Source of the DNA: Tepidisphaerales bacterium
Lineage (GTDB): Bacteria; Planctomycetota; Phycisphaerae; Tepidisphaerales; Tepidisphaeraceae
Direction of reading: 5' to 3'
NCBI GenBank assembly: GCA_038213005.1
Contig: JBBQTU010000061.1
Span: forward strand, 1-18,612
Length of the DNA: 18,612 nt
Of the stretch, positions 6,819-15,322 are shown piece by piece (the first letter of the stretch is position 1; every line of letters starts with the position of its first letter). Both the position numbers and the translations under genes were made by a program. The notes beneath the pieces are model-generated. The model had not been told where the DNA came from and made no database searches. It saw nothing but the letters and a program-made list of their open reading frames with translations.

Positions 6819-8467
6819 ATACCCTATTGCCCCTGGCGCTACTGACGGACGATCCGTACTTCCTTTCCGGCGTGCTGGTGGTCTTCGGCGTCTTTTTCCT
6901 GTTCAGCATCTTCCTGCTGTTCGTCCGGCGGTACAAGCGCTGCCCGAGCAACCGCGTGCTGGTGGTTTTCGGCAAGGTCGGGGCCGGCACGTCCGCCAAG
7001 TGCATCCACGGCGGCGGCACGTTCGTTCTGCCGCTGATCCAGGACTACAGCTACCTGAGCCTGGAGCCGATCCAGGTCGAAATCCCGCTGCAGGATGCCC
7101 TGTCGATGGAGAACATTCGCGTCAACGTCCCCAGCGTGTTTACGGTGGCGATCGGCACCGAGCTGGAGGTCATGCAGAACGCCGCCATCCGCCTGCTCGG
7201 GCTGGACACGGCTCACGTCAAGCAGCAGGCGCAGGACATGATCTTCGGACAACTGCGCCAGGTCATCGCGTCGATGCGGATCGAGGACATCAACCGCGAC
7301 CGCGAAGTATTTTTACAGAACATCCAGACGTCACTGGAGCCCGAACTGCGCAAGATCGGCCTGGTGCTGCTGAACGTCAACATCACCGATATCACCGACG
7401 CCTCGGGCTACATCGAGGCCATCGGCAAGAAGGCCGCGTCGCTGGCGATCCAGCAGGCGCGTGCTGATGTCGCCGACAATGAGAAGATGGGCGAGGTCCG
7501 CGTCGCCGAGGCCAAGCGGGAGAAGGACATCCAGGTTGCCAACGCCAACAAGCTCCGCGAGATCGGCATGCGCGAGGCGCAGCGCGAGCAGCTCGTGAAG
7601 GTGGCGCAACTCGAAAAGGAACAGAAGATCGGCGAACAGACCGCCTCTTATGAACGTGAGACGCAGGTCAAGAACGCCGAACGCGACATGCGCATCACGA
7701 TGTCCGACGCCAACGCCAAGGCCATCGCCGGCGAAGCCAGGGCACAGGCCGAGATCGTCAACACCCAGGCGCAGCTCCAGGTGAAACAGGCCGAAGCCTA
7801 TCAGCTCGGCGAGACCCGCAAGCGCGAATCCGAAGCGGCCGTGCTTGAGGCGCAGAACCGCGCCATGGCCAAGGCGGCCATCGCTGACGCCGAACGAGTT
7901 GAGGCCGAGCGCCGGGCGCAGCTCGAAGCGCCCGCGAAGGCGGATAAGGCCAAGATGATCGTCGATGCCGAAGCCGCCGCGGCCAAGAAGCGGATCGAGG
8001 CCGAGGGTGAGGCGTCTGCAATCTTCGCCCGGCTCGAAGCCGAGGCCCGCGGCCAATACGAGCTCCTGGCCAAAAAGGGCCAAGGCCTCGAACGGATCAT
8101 CCAGGCCTGCGGCGGCGCAAAGGAGGCGTTCCAGCTCCTGATGCTCGAACACCTGGACAACCTGGCGGAAACCGCCGCCACGGCGATCTCCAAGATCAAG
8201 TTCGACAAGATCGTGGTCTGGGAACAGGGGGGCAAGGATGGCAGTTCCAATACCGCCAACTTCCTCCATGGTCTATCTCGCACGCTGCCTCCGATGATGC
8301 AGGTGATGAAGGACATCGGCGGCGTGGAGCTCCCGGAATACCTGGTCAAGCTGGGCGGCGACCCGGGCGACAAGCAGTGCGACAAGCCTGCGGCTACGGT
8401 GACGGCCGATGGGGCCGTGAACCAGGCCGATAAGGGCAGCGCAGCGCACGGGGTGGAAAAGGCCTGA
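6815..8467 (+). CDS. Flotillin-like SPFH/band-7 protein (YqiK/FloA-like).
   Basis: N-terminal TM helix, then SPFH domain (…RVLVVFGKVGAGTSAKCIHGGGTFVLPLIQDYSYLSLEPIQVEI…), followed by a long Ala/Glu/Lys/Arg/Gln-rich coiled-coil region and flotillin C-terminus. SD AGGAGA 8 nt upstream of the GTG. Confidence 0.85.
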   Translation: MNTLLPLALLTDDPYFLSGVLVVFGVFFLFSIFLLFVRRYKRCPSNRVLVVFGKVGAGTSAKCIHGGGTFVLPLIQDYSYLSLEPIQVEIPLQDALSMENIRVNVPSVFTVAIGTELEVMQNAAIRLLGLDTAHVKQQAQDMIFGQLRQVIASMRIEDINRDREVFLQNIQTSLEPELRKIGLVLLNVNITDITDASGYIEAIGKKAASLAIQQARADVADNEKMGEVRVAEAKREKDIQVANANKLREIGMREAQREQLVKVAQLEKEQKIGEQTASYERETQVKNAERDMRITMSDANAKAIAGEARAQAEIVNTQAQLQVKQAEAYQLGETRKRESEAAVLEAQNRAMAKAAIADAERVEAERRAQLEAPAKADKAKMIVDAEAAAAKKRIEAEGEASAIFARLEAEARGQYELLAKKGQGLERIIQACGGAKEAFQLLMLEHLDNLAETAATAISKIKFDKIVVWEQGGKDGSSNTANFLHGLSRTLPPMMQVMKDIGGVELPEYLVKLGGDPGDKQCDKPAATVTADGAVNQADKGSAAHGVEKA

Positions 8468-8599
8468 CCGAGGAGCCGGCGACCGCCACCGCAGAGCGTG
8501 GCGGCGGAAGTATAGCGCAGGCAATCGATTGACCGTCATCAAGTCGCTGTCCTATTTCAAAGAGGCCGATGCGGAGGGGCCTGCGGCCAAGTGGGGCGG

Positions 8600-8804
8600 G
8601 CCGCCTCGGCCGCCCATCTGGTCGCTCGCCAACCACCCGCCCATCGCAGCGCCACACCCTCAACCGCCGATCCGCCAAACAGTAGTGCGTGGCGTCCCGC
8701 CCGCACATGTCTTACAGGTGAGTAATCGCCGGCCAAGCCGTTGACGATCTTCATCGTTTCGATGCTGACGTAACGCAACGAAAGGGCTGCCGAGGCAGCG
8801 GCCC
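8600..8804. repeat. ~200-bp direct repeat, copy A. Shared core: …ggccgcccatctggtc.ctcgccaaccacccgcccatcgcagc…gccgatccgccaaacagtagtgcgtggcgtcccgcccgcacatgt.ttacaggtgag.aatcg…ccaagccgttgacgatct.catcgtttcgatgctgacgtaacgcaac.aaagggctgccgaggc.
   Basis: ~94% identical to 9948-10139 by direct comparison. Its 3' ~55 bp also matches 12296-12352. Lies between the flotillin operon and the TA module. Confidence 0.85.
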
Positions 8805-9007
8805 CACCGTGAGGACGCGCAATGGACTTACGCTGTAGTGCTAGGAGTAATATACACACAGCGAGGCCCAACCAGAACAACCCAAGGCCAAAGGTGAGGC
8901 ATTGGCCGAACCGGTCCGGTCCTGAGGCCATCATCACGGGTAAGGCGGGACGGCATATCGATCCCATGCCCGTTTTCCGGCCCACCAAGCCCGCTTTCTG
9001 CGTCCTT

Positions 9008-9481
9008 CTATTCTGTCGGCTGCCGCAGCAAGTCCAGAAACTCCTCTACAGCCAGCACTTTGACTTTCGGGAAAAGCCGCCTGAACTCCGCAGACCAGGG
9101 TTTATCCGGACTACTCAACCCAAGAAGGTGACGGTCGCGACTGACAATCAGCCGGGCTTCAGCCGCCACCGCCAGATCCACATACGGGGAGTCGTCAGGA
9201 TCAATCGGGTGGTCAAACACATGTGGAACAGGAGCGACAACCAGGCACGACGGCAACAACGCATCCAGAAACGCCACCACCTTGGCATCGGTCACGTCGT
9301 ACTTCGCCAGCAGTTTGCGGGGAAGATCTTCGATCTCCGCAATCACGTAGGGACTGAGAACCACAACGAACTCGTTCTTGACGCCGCGCTCAACACACTC
9401 GCCCGCCGGTCCGTACGGGTTAATGAGAGCTTGGGCAAACACCATGCAATCCAGCACCGCTCGCATGGGTCGGCTATTCAT
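9008..9481 (-). CDS. PIN-domain toxin (VapC-like).
   Basis: Size and the …AVLDCMVFAQALI…VVVLSPYVIAEI…LAVAAEARLIVSRD… pattern fit a PIN fold. The ATG at 9481 overlaps the upstream antitoxin stop (ATGAATAG). The 9526 start in the tracker would overlap the antitoxin by 50 nt. Region GC ~52%. Confidence 0.65.
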   Translation of the reverse strand: MNSRPMRAVLDCMVFAQALINPYGPAGECVERGVKNEFVVVLSPYVIAEIEDLPRKLLAKYDVTDAKVVAFLDALLPSCLVVAPVPHVFDHPIDPDDSPYVDLAVAAEARLIVSRDRHLLGLSSPDKPWSAEFRRLFPKVKVLAVEEFLDLLRQPTE

Positions 9482-9746
9482 CAAAGGAGATACCGCGTTT
9501 GGTTTCCCTCGCCTGATGCTTGGCACGTTCTAGGTCGTCGCCAAGTTGTTCGTCTGTCAGACCGCTGGCGAGGAACCGATCATAGGTGTTGCCACTGATC
9601 TGACGCAGATAGTCGCGGGTCAACCCGTGAGTCAGGACTCGCGAGAGCAACTCAGAGGCAAGGATACCCAGATCCTTGCCTGCGGCCGTAGCCCGCTCGC
9701 GCAGGAGAATCTCAACTTCAGGCGATAATGCAACGGAAACCGTCAT
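9474..9746 (-). CDS. Ribbon-helix-helix (CopG/Arc-like) antitoxin.
   Basis: 90 aa, immediately upstream of and overlapping the PIN gene. N-terminal VALSPEVEILLRERATAAGKDLGILASELLSRVL resembles the RHH beta-strand/helix DNA-binding motif. No SD. Confidence 0.55.
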   Translation of the reverse strand: MTVSVALSPEVEILLRERATAAGKDLGILASELLSRVLTHGLTRDYLRQISGNTYDRFLASGLTDEQLGDDLERAKHQARETKRGISFDE

Positions 9747-9947
9747 CAAAGAATAGTATGGGCAGCAACCAGGTCCAAGTCAAACTCTTACGTCGTTGTC
9801 TTGGGAATTTCACGAGGTTGGAATCAATGCCGAGGTTGACAGCGATTCCGCCGCCCCAGCCCAGGAACCCCGACCTCAACAACCAGCGCGCCGCCGCGCC
9901 GCTCCCAGAGTGGGGCCGGCCGCTGCGCAGCATCTCGCCGTGGTGGA

Positions 9948-10139
9948 CCCGGCCGCCCATCTGGTCCCTCGCCAACCACCCGCCCATCGCAGCACCATAC
10001 CCCCAACCGCCGATCCGCCAAACAGTAGTGCGTGGCGTCCCGCCCGCACATGTATTACAGGTGAGCAATCGACAGCCAAGCCGTTGACGATCTCCATCGT
10101 TTCGATGCTGACGTAACGCAACAAAAGGGCTGCCGAGGC
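9948..10139. repeat. ~200-bp direct repeat, copy B.
   Basis: See copy A, with ~12 mismatches over 190 bp. Lies between the TA module and the RM module. Confidence 0.85.
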
Positions 10140-10264
10140 GGGCGATGTATTGGAGGTCGTCCTGTCGGTTTGGGTCGCTGGTAATATTGCTGCGGGTGTC
10201 GGTGTAGACAAGGTATTGGTCGGTGACCCATTCCAGGGCGGAGCGGTTGCCGAGGCGGTAGTTA

Positions 10265-11230
10265 TCAACTGGCTTCCGCCTCTGCTTCAGGTTGCACGGC
10301 TTTGAGGACGGTCGGTTCTGCAGCGGCGATTGGATGTGGCCGTGAGAGGAATTCCCATAAGTCAGTGCAGAAGAACCGGTCGATGGAGTGAATTTGCAGC
10401 TTGAGGAACGCATCCGTCTGCATATTGGGGCGAAGGTCGCAGTAGTACACGCCATCGAGAGGGTTTAGCTTAACCGAGTAGCCCTTGAAGTGTCCGGGCA
10501 AAAATGTGGCATTGATGCCGAAGTTGGGATGTATCCCCTTGCGTTGCACGTCATTGAGGAACAGTGCGACGTGTGGCGTTTGCGTCTGCGTCAGCTTGGA
10601 GTAGAGGAACTTGTCGATGAAGATCTTGTCCATTCGGTCCTTACTCGACGTCTTCACGGAGCCGAGAATCTTGATGTGTTTATCTCGCGTAATGACCAAA
10701 TCGTGCTGGTAGGTCATCTTGAATTCTTCGACACCGTCAACGATGATCGGGATGCCGATGGACCCGCTCTTGCAGTCGACCGCGAGGCCAGAAATCAGCA
10801 GTCTTATCAGCCTCTCGAAGAGATCCCCTGCGACCTTGCTGGCGTTATTCGAGACCGGATGCGCGTCCAGGCACACGCCGATGCACTGCTGAATCGTATA
10901 GATCGAATTGCGCATGATGGTGCGACTCGCCACGTCGTCCGCAGCAATGTCCTTCGCGTGCTTCATCACAGCGGCGAAGTCCCTGGAAAGCACGTTCGCC
11001 TTCTGCGGCGCATACATAAGTTGGCTGTTCACCGGCCGGCTTACTTTGCGGTCGCCGTCGTCCTTGAACTGGTAAAAATAGTAGTGACCCTCATTCCTCG
11101 CCAAGACAGTGCCATGTACACCGCCCTTACCCAGGAAGTCGAGGAAACGGCGTGCGAAGTCCACGTAAGCTTTGACATTGCTGAAGTTCGTCTTGTCGGC
11201 GGCAAAGGAAACGAGTTGGTTCAGAGTCAT
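10265..11230 (-). CDS. Putative Type II restriction endonuclease (family not recognised).
   Basis: Its ATG overlaps the stop of the upstream beta-class DNA methyltransferase (ATGA at 11227-11230). GC is ~50% in a ~65% genome. A PD-(D/E)XK-like stretch (…HDLVITRDKHIKILGSVKTSSKDRMDKIFIDK…) is possible. Assignment rests on operon context. Confidence 0.5.
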   Translation of the reverse strand: MTLNQLVSFAADKTNFSNVKAYVDFARRFLDFLGKGGVHGTVLARNEGHYYFYQFKDDGDRKVSRPVNSQLMYAPQKANVLSRDFAAVMKHAKDIAADDVASRTIMRNSIYTIQQCIGVCLDAHPVSNNASKVAGDLFERLIRLLISGLAVDCKSGSIGIPIIVDGVEEFKMTYQHDLVITRDKHIKILGSVKTSSKDRMDKIFIDKFLYSKLTQTQTPHVALFLNDVQRKGIHPNFGINATFLPGHFKGYSVKLNPLDGVYYCDLRPNMQTDAFLKLQIHSIDRFFCTDLWEFLSRPHPIAAAEPTVLKAVQPEAEAEAS

Positions 11231-12183
11231 CGGATGCTTTCTCTTCGTGTGGCGTTTCGCCGGTCGTGCTCTATCCACTCGTCGACAGGCGTTCGTTTGA
11301 CGTTTTCAATTCGCTCCACCGCCCATCTTGTATACTCCGTGCTTTGGTCGCATGCGAGCCACCTCCGACCGAGTTGCTCGGCTACCGCCGCCGTCGTGCC
11401 GGAGCCACTGAAAGGGTCGATGACAAGGTCGCCCGGATCGCTCGCGGCGAGCACAAGTTTGCGCACCAACTCCTCTGGCTTTTGCGTGGGATGGGGCGTC
11501 TTTTCGCCCATGCCATTGCAGGTCGTCGGAATCTCAAGCACATCCTTTGGCTTTGCTCCGAGTGGGTTCGGGGTCCAATCGTCTTCGCGCTTCCGACCGC
11601 TGCCAAAGTTGCTCGTGATCGCCTGAGGGTGTGTCGGGTATTTCAGCGTGTGAGCGCCGTACGGTATGCGGACCTTGTCCACGTTCAGACGGAATTCGTC
11701 GGTCTTCCGAAGGTGCAAAATGCTTTCGTGTGACCGCCCCCAGTCACTTCCGAGGTTCGCCTTGTTCTTGTAGTGCCAGACCAGCCACTTGCAGTGCTTG
11801 AACAAACGCGACGCCGGGTGCTTCATATCCGCAAGGATCTCTGAGAAGCCGCACACATAGAGCGATCCCGAAGGCCTCAGCGCCCGCGCGGCGGGCTCAA
11901 GCCATCGCATCGACCATTGTATGTAATGCTCCTGGCTCTCAAACGCGTCCCAATCAGCTTTGTTGATGTTGTACGGCGGATCAGCGAAAATCAGATCGAC
12001 GGACGACGGAGGGAGGGATTCCAGCCAAGGTATGCAGTCACCAACGTAAAGCGATCCATTCGGATGCGTGTAAAACAACGCGAAGCCTTCGCCATTGACC
12101 GTGCTATCGACGAACTTACCGCGAGTTGGACCGGGCTCCGCAAAGAGCTGCGGTGTCCCAGGCTTGAACCGCTTTATGGGCAT
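11227..12183 (-). CDS. Beta-class DNA methyltransferase (probably N6-adenine, possibly N4-cytosine).
   Basis: Motif IV DPPYN (…LIFADPPYNINKADWD…) precedes motif I FSGSGTT (…VIDPFSGSGTTAAVAEQLGRRW…). That permuted order defines the beta group. Low GC. Confidence 0.85.
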   Translation of the reverse strand: MPIKRFKPGTPQLFAEPGPTRGKFVDSTVNGEGFALFYTHPNGSLYVGDCIPWLESLPPSSVDLIFADPPYNINKADWDAFESQEHYIQWSMRWLEPAARALRPSGSLYVCGFSEILADMKHPASRLFKHCKWLVWHYKNKANLGSDWGRSHESILHLRKTDEFRLNVDKVRIPYGAHTLKYPTHPQAITSNFGSGRKREDDWTPNPLGAKPKDVLEIPTTCNGMGEKTPHPTQKPEELVRKLVLAASDPGDLVIDPFSGSGTTAAVAEQLGRRWLACDQSTEYTRWAVERIENVKRTPVDEWIEHDRRNATRRESIR

Positions 12184-12295
12184 TTCAGAACCTTAACATA
12201 TTCCAGGGCCTACTGGTAGCCACATCCATGCTCGCGCGGGCAGTACGGAGCCCGGAATCGGAAGAGGTTGACGCCCTGCTGGATAGCACGGCACC

Positions 12296-12352
12296 GATGG
12301 AGGTGCTGACGTAATGCAACGAAAGGCCGGCCGAGGCGGTCGCCCCACTGCG
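12296..12352. repeat. Partial third copy (3' ~55 bp) of the 200-bp repeat.
   Basis: gatg..ctgacgtaa.gcaacgaaagg…gccgaggc.g…gcccca c.g.g.g matches the end of copy A. The match includes the A-specific tail beyond the point where copy B diverges. Confidence 0.6.
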
Positions 12353-12887
12353 GAGACCGGGAAACAGAATATCTTTCAAATCCAACTTGACCCATCAAGA
12401 CCCGTATCTTATGCTTATCTCACTTAGCCATAGCGCCCAGTGTGCGCGCTGGCTACGGTGCTCTTTGAAAAGTGAATATCCGGCCATTTACTGGCCAGTG
12501 CCGCCATGCGGCCCCGCGGCACTCCGTCGGACTAGCGAACTTTACCGTATGCTAACATCTACCGTCGCACAGGTGCCCTGCCTTCCACCGGTCCCGTTCT
12601 GACTCGACTTACATTCAAGCGCCTCGGCAGAACGAAACTTGAGCATCTGACCCCTTGAATCGCACGTAAGTCCTTATCAAAACTCCTCTCCCGACCCCCT
12701 CCCCCCACCCCTGGAAAACGTGCGCATCTTGCCCGCCCGATCGCACGTAAGTCAGACTGGCAGTGCGGGGGAATGGTGGAAAGTCAGTGGCAAGCAGAAA
12801 GGCCAGCGCAATAACGGTGGTGGAAAGCACTCGCCACGCGCAGGATGCAAAGTCACGGGCACGCCCGCCTGCAAGGCCGCAAGGCCA

Positions 12888-12990
12888 GACTACGCGCGAA
12901 TCGATTCCAGCCCGACGGCCGATTGACACGCGGGCCGGCTCACTTACCATGTTTTGCGATGGCGGGAGTTGTCGATTCCTTTCCCGATAG
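12888..12990 (+). promoter_or_regulatory. Conserved promoter/leader element, copy 2 (-35 TTGACA, -10 TACCAT, conserved downstream GGCGGGAGTTGTCGATTCCTTTCC).
   Basis: Aligned by eye to 6138-6236 (~80% identity). Lies ~115 bp upstream of the homocysteine methyltransferase ATG. Confidence 0.55.
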
Positions 12991-13105
12991 GCCGGGTGCT
13001 TTGACGCCGCATGGGGTGGAAAAGGCCAGACCGCGGAGCCGGAAGTGGCTGCGGCGTTGCGCAGCGAAAACCAACTCGAACGTTTCAGCACGAAGGGATC
13101 GCGAC

Positions 13106-13993
13106 ATGGGTATCATTCTGGATCGTCTGGCCAAGAAGAAGCTGCTGGTGTCCGACGGCGCCTGGGGCACGATGCTGCAGGCCCAGGGGCTTGGCGGTGG
13201 CGACATTCCGGAAGAGTGGAACGCCACGCACCCCGATGCCGTGCGCTCGGTCGCCGCGGCCTATGACCAGGCCGGCTGCGATATCGTCCTCACTTGCACG
13301 TTCGGCGGGTCGTCGGCGAAGCTGGAGAAGTGCGGCCTGGGCGCGCGGGTTGTGGAACTGAATGAGAAGGGGGCCAGGTTGTCGCTGGAGGGCGCGCCCC
13401 ATGCGTGCGTGGCGGCGTCGGTGGGGCCCACGGGCGAGTTCCTCGAACCCATGGGCGACCTGACCGAAGCGCAGATGGAAGCGATCTACCGCGAGCAGAT
13501 CGCCGCCATTTACGCAGCCGGCGTCAAGGCGGTCTGCATCGAGACGATGTCGTCGCTTGAGGAAGCCACCTGCGCGATCCGCGCGGCCAAGAAGCTGAAT
13601 AAGGACAATGATGTCATCTGCACGATGACGTTCGCCGCGGCGGGCGATGGCTACAAGACGATGATGGGCGTGAGCTGCGAAGAGGCGGCCAAAGGCCTGA
13701 CCGCGGCCGGCGCGGACATCGTCGGGGCCAACTGCGGCAACGGGCCGGAGGAGATGATCGCCATCACCCGCGAGATGCGCAAGCACACGAAGCGGCCGAT
13801 CCTGGTCCATCCCAATGCGGGGATGCCGCAACTGGTGGACGGCAAGACGGTTTTCAAGCAGACGCCGGCCGACATGGCGGCCAAGGTGCGAGACCTGGTC
13901 GCGGCCGGGGCCTCGATCATCGGAGGGTGCTGCGGCACCACCCCGGCACATATCGCCGCGATCAAGGTTGTGGTGGATGAGCTTCGGAAATAA
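13106..13993 (+). CDS. Homocysteine S-methyltransferase domain protein (MetH N-terminal domain / MmuM / BHMT-like, Pfam S-methyl_trans type).
   Basis: …LLVSDGAWGTMLQ…DIVLTCTFGGS…GANCGNGPEEM…IIGGCCGTTPAHIAAI…. The zinc-ligand cysteines lie in the GxNCG and GGCCG motifs. SD AAGGGA 7 nt upstream of the ATG at 13106. The tracker's 12845 start is an upstream run-on. Confidence 0.85.
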   Translation: MGIILDRLAKKKLLVSDGAWGTMLQAQGLGGGDIPEEWNATHPDAVRSVAAAYDQAGCDIVLTCTFGGSSAKLEKCGLGARVVELNEKGARLSLEGAPHACVAASVGPTGEFLEPMGDLTEAQMEAIYREQIAAIYAAGVKAVCIETMSSLEEATCAIRAAKKLNKDNDVICTMTFAAAGDGYKTMMGVSCEEAAKGLTAAGADIVGANCGNGPEEMIAITREMRKHTKRPILVHPNAGMPQLVDGKTVFKQTPADMAAKVRDLVAAGASIIGGCCGTTPAHIAAIKVVVDELRK

Positions 13994-14017
13994 GTTTTGC
14001 ATACAGAGGCGAGAAAC

Positions 14018-15088
14018 ATGATTCGACTTGCGATTGTGGGCTGCGGTGGAATGGCTAAGGGCTACCACGTCCACCAGCTACAGAAGATCAGCGACTACAA
14101 GGTGGTGGCCCTGTGCGACATCGTGAAGGAGAAGACGGCCGACTTCCGCAAGCGGCATTTCAACGACGCCGTTGAGTTTGATGACTTTGACACGATGCTC
14201 AACGACGGCCCGGAACTGGACGCCGTGCTGCTGGTCACGCCTCATACGGTGCATTACGGTCAGGCGAAGGCAGCCCTGGAAAAGGGTCTGCATGTCATGT
14301 GCGAGAAGCCGCTGGTGACCAGTTCCAAGCATGCCTACGACCTGTGGAAGACCGTGAAGCGGACGGGCAAACTGCTGGCGATCACGTTTCAGTCGGCCTA
14401 CTCGGCGGAGTTTGGCCACCTGGCGCAGTTGCGCGACCAGGGCAAGCTGGGACAGGTGCAGAACATCTCGGGCTATGTCTCCCAGGGCTGGCGCAAGGGA
14501 TGCGCCGGCACGTGGCGTCATGACCCGGCCATGTCAGGCGGCGGGTACATCTACGATACCGGGGCTCACCTGCTCAACGCCCTGATGTGGCTGATGAATA
14601 GCCCGGTGGTCGAGGTGTCGTGTATCATGGACAACTGCGGCGCGCCGGTGGACATTCGCGGGTCGGCATCGCTGCGGTTTCAGAACGGGGTGTTCGGCAC
14701 GGTGACGATGGCGGGGAACACGCCGGCCTTTCGGAGCGAGATCCAGATATTCACCGACAGTATGGTGGTCATCACCGATCAATATGGCGGGAAGCTGGAG
14801 ATGATCGACGGCTCGGGCAAGCGGATGTATCCGCACGTGCCGGAGGATGCCCGGCCGGCGGCCGGGACGCCGCACCTGAACTTCGCCGATGCAGTGTTGC
14901 GCGGGGCACCGCTGCGGGCCCCGGTGCGCTATGGCGTGCTGCTGTCGGCGCTGATGGATGCGATGTACCAATCGGCGAAAGCCGGCACGCCGGTGAAGGT
15001 GAAGCCGGTGCCGCTGGACATCGAGGTGGACGCCAGGCCGGCGAAGAAGACCAGGCCGGCGGCGAAGGCGAAGACCGCGAGGAAGTAA
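14018..15088 (+). CDS. Gfo/Idh/MocA-family NAD(P)-dependent oxidoreductase with a Lys/Ala-rich C-terminal tail.
   Basis: N-terminal Rossmann IRLAIVGCGGMAKGYH. Conserved EKP (…VMCEKPLV…) and GfO/Idh C-terminal domain. 24 nt after the upstream gene's stop. SD AGAGG. Confidence 0.85.
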   Translation: MIRLAIVGCGGMAKGYHVHQLQKISDYKVVALCDIVKEKTADFRKRHFNDAVEFDDFDTMLNDGPELDAVLLVTPHTVHYGQAKAALEKGLHVMCEKPLVTSSKHAYDLWKTVKRTGKLLAITFQSAYSAEFGHLAQLRDQGKLGQVQNISGYVSQGWRKGCAGTWRHDPAMSGGGYIYDTGAHLLNALMWLMNSPVVEVSCIMDNCGAPVDIRGSASLRFQNGVFGTVTMAGNTPAFRSEIQIFTDSMVVITDQYGGKLEMIDGSGKRMYPHVPEDARPAAGTPHLNFADAVLRGAPLRAPVRYGVLLSALMDAMYQSAKAGTPVKVKPVPLDIEVDARPAKKTRPAAKAKTARK

Positions 15089-15171
15089 GCCGCGGTCTGG
15101 CCCAGGCCCTCGATCCGCTCGGGGCAGATCGACGGGCTAGCACTACAGCGCAACTTCATAGCGATGCGATG

Positions 15172-15235
15172 CAATTTCAAATAGGACGCGCTTCGATTGA
15201 CGGCAATTTCAAATAGGACGCGCTTCGATTGACGG
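15172..15235 (+). repeat. Perfect tandem duplication of the 32-bp unit caatttcaaataggacgcgcttcgattgacgg.
   Basis: Read directly. Each unit ends in the recurring CGATTGAC -35-like octamer. Lies downstream of the oxidoreductase gene and upstream of a small ORF with a strong SD. Confidence 0.8.
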
Positions 15236-15322
15236 CCCTTTTTGAAGAGTGTTATCCGCCCGGCTCGCTTACGGCCTCGATTGGCGCAGATTTTCAGAGA
15301 TTGAAGAAAGAGGAAACAGTCA

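Noticed and set aside
7331-8385. Minus-strand ORFs (312 and 194 aa) inside the flotillin gene
   Set aside because: Antisense to a gene with unmistakable SPFH and coiled-coil features. Their composition mirrors the Ala/Glu repeats of the sense strand.
8822-9598. 258-aa plus-strand ORF across the TA module
   Set aside because: It is opposite the PIN/RHH pair, which has the classical overlapping-gene architecture. No domain signal.
8394-10087. Small ORFs inside the 200-bp repeats (8529-8744, 9728-10087 plus; 8394-8708, 9824-10051 minus) with near-identical peptides in both copies
   Set aside because: The peptide conservation only reflects ~94% nucleotide identity. There are no start signals and the sequences are Pro/Arg-rich low complexity.
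9718-10455. 245-aa minus-strand ORF spanning repeat B
   Set aside because: It runs through the repeat and the inter-module spacer. No motifs and no SD, so most likely spurious.
12350-12880. tRNA or integrase remnant in the 530-bp low-GC non-coding stretch after repeat copy C
   Set aside because: Several short hairpins (ggcca-tttac-tggcc, gccgc…gcggc) are present but no cloverleaf or conserved T-loop/anticodon arrangement could be traced by eye. No ORF fragment with integrase motifs. Left unannotated.
13085-14074. 329-aa minus-strand ORF across the HMT and oxidoreductase genes
   Set aside because: Antisense to two genes with strong family signatures and RBSs. Arg/Gly/His-rich low complexity.
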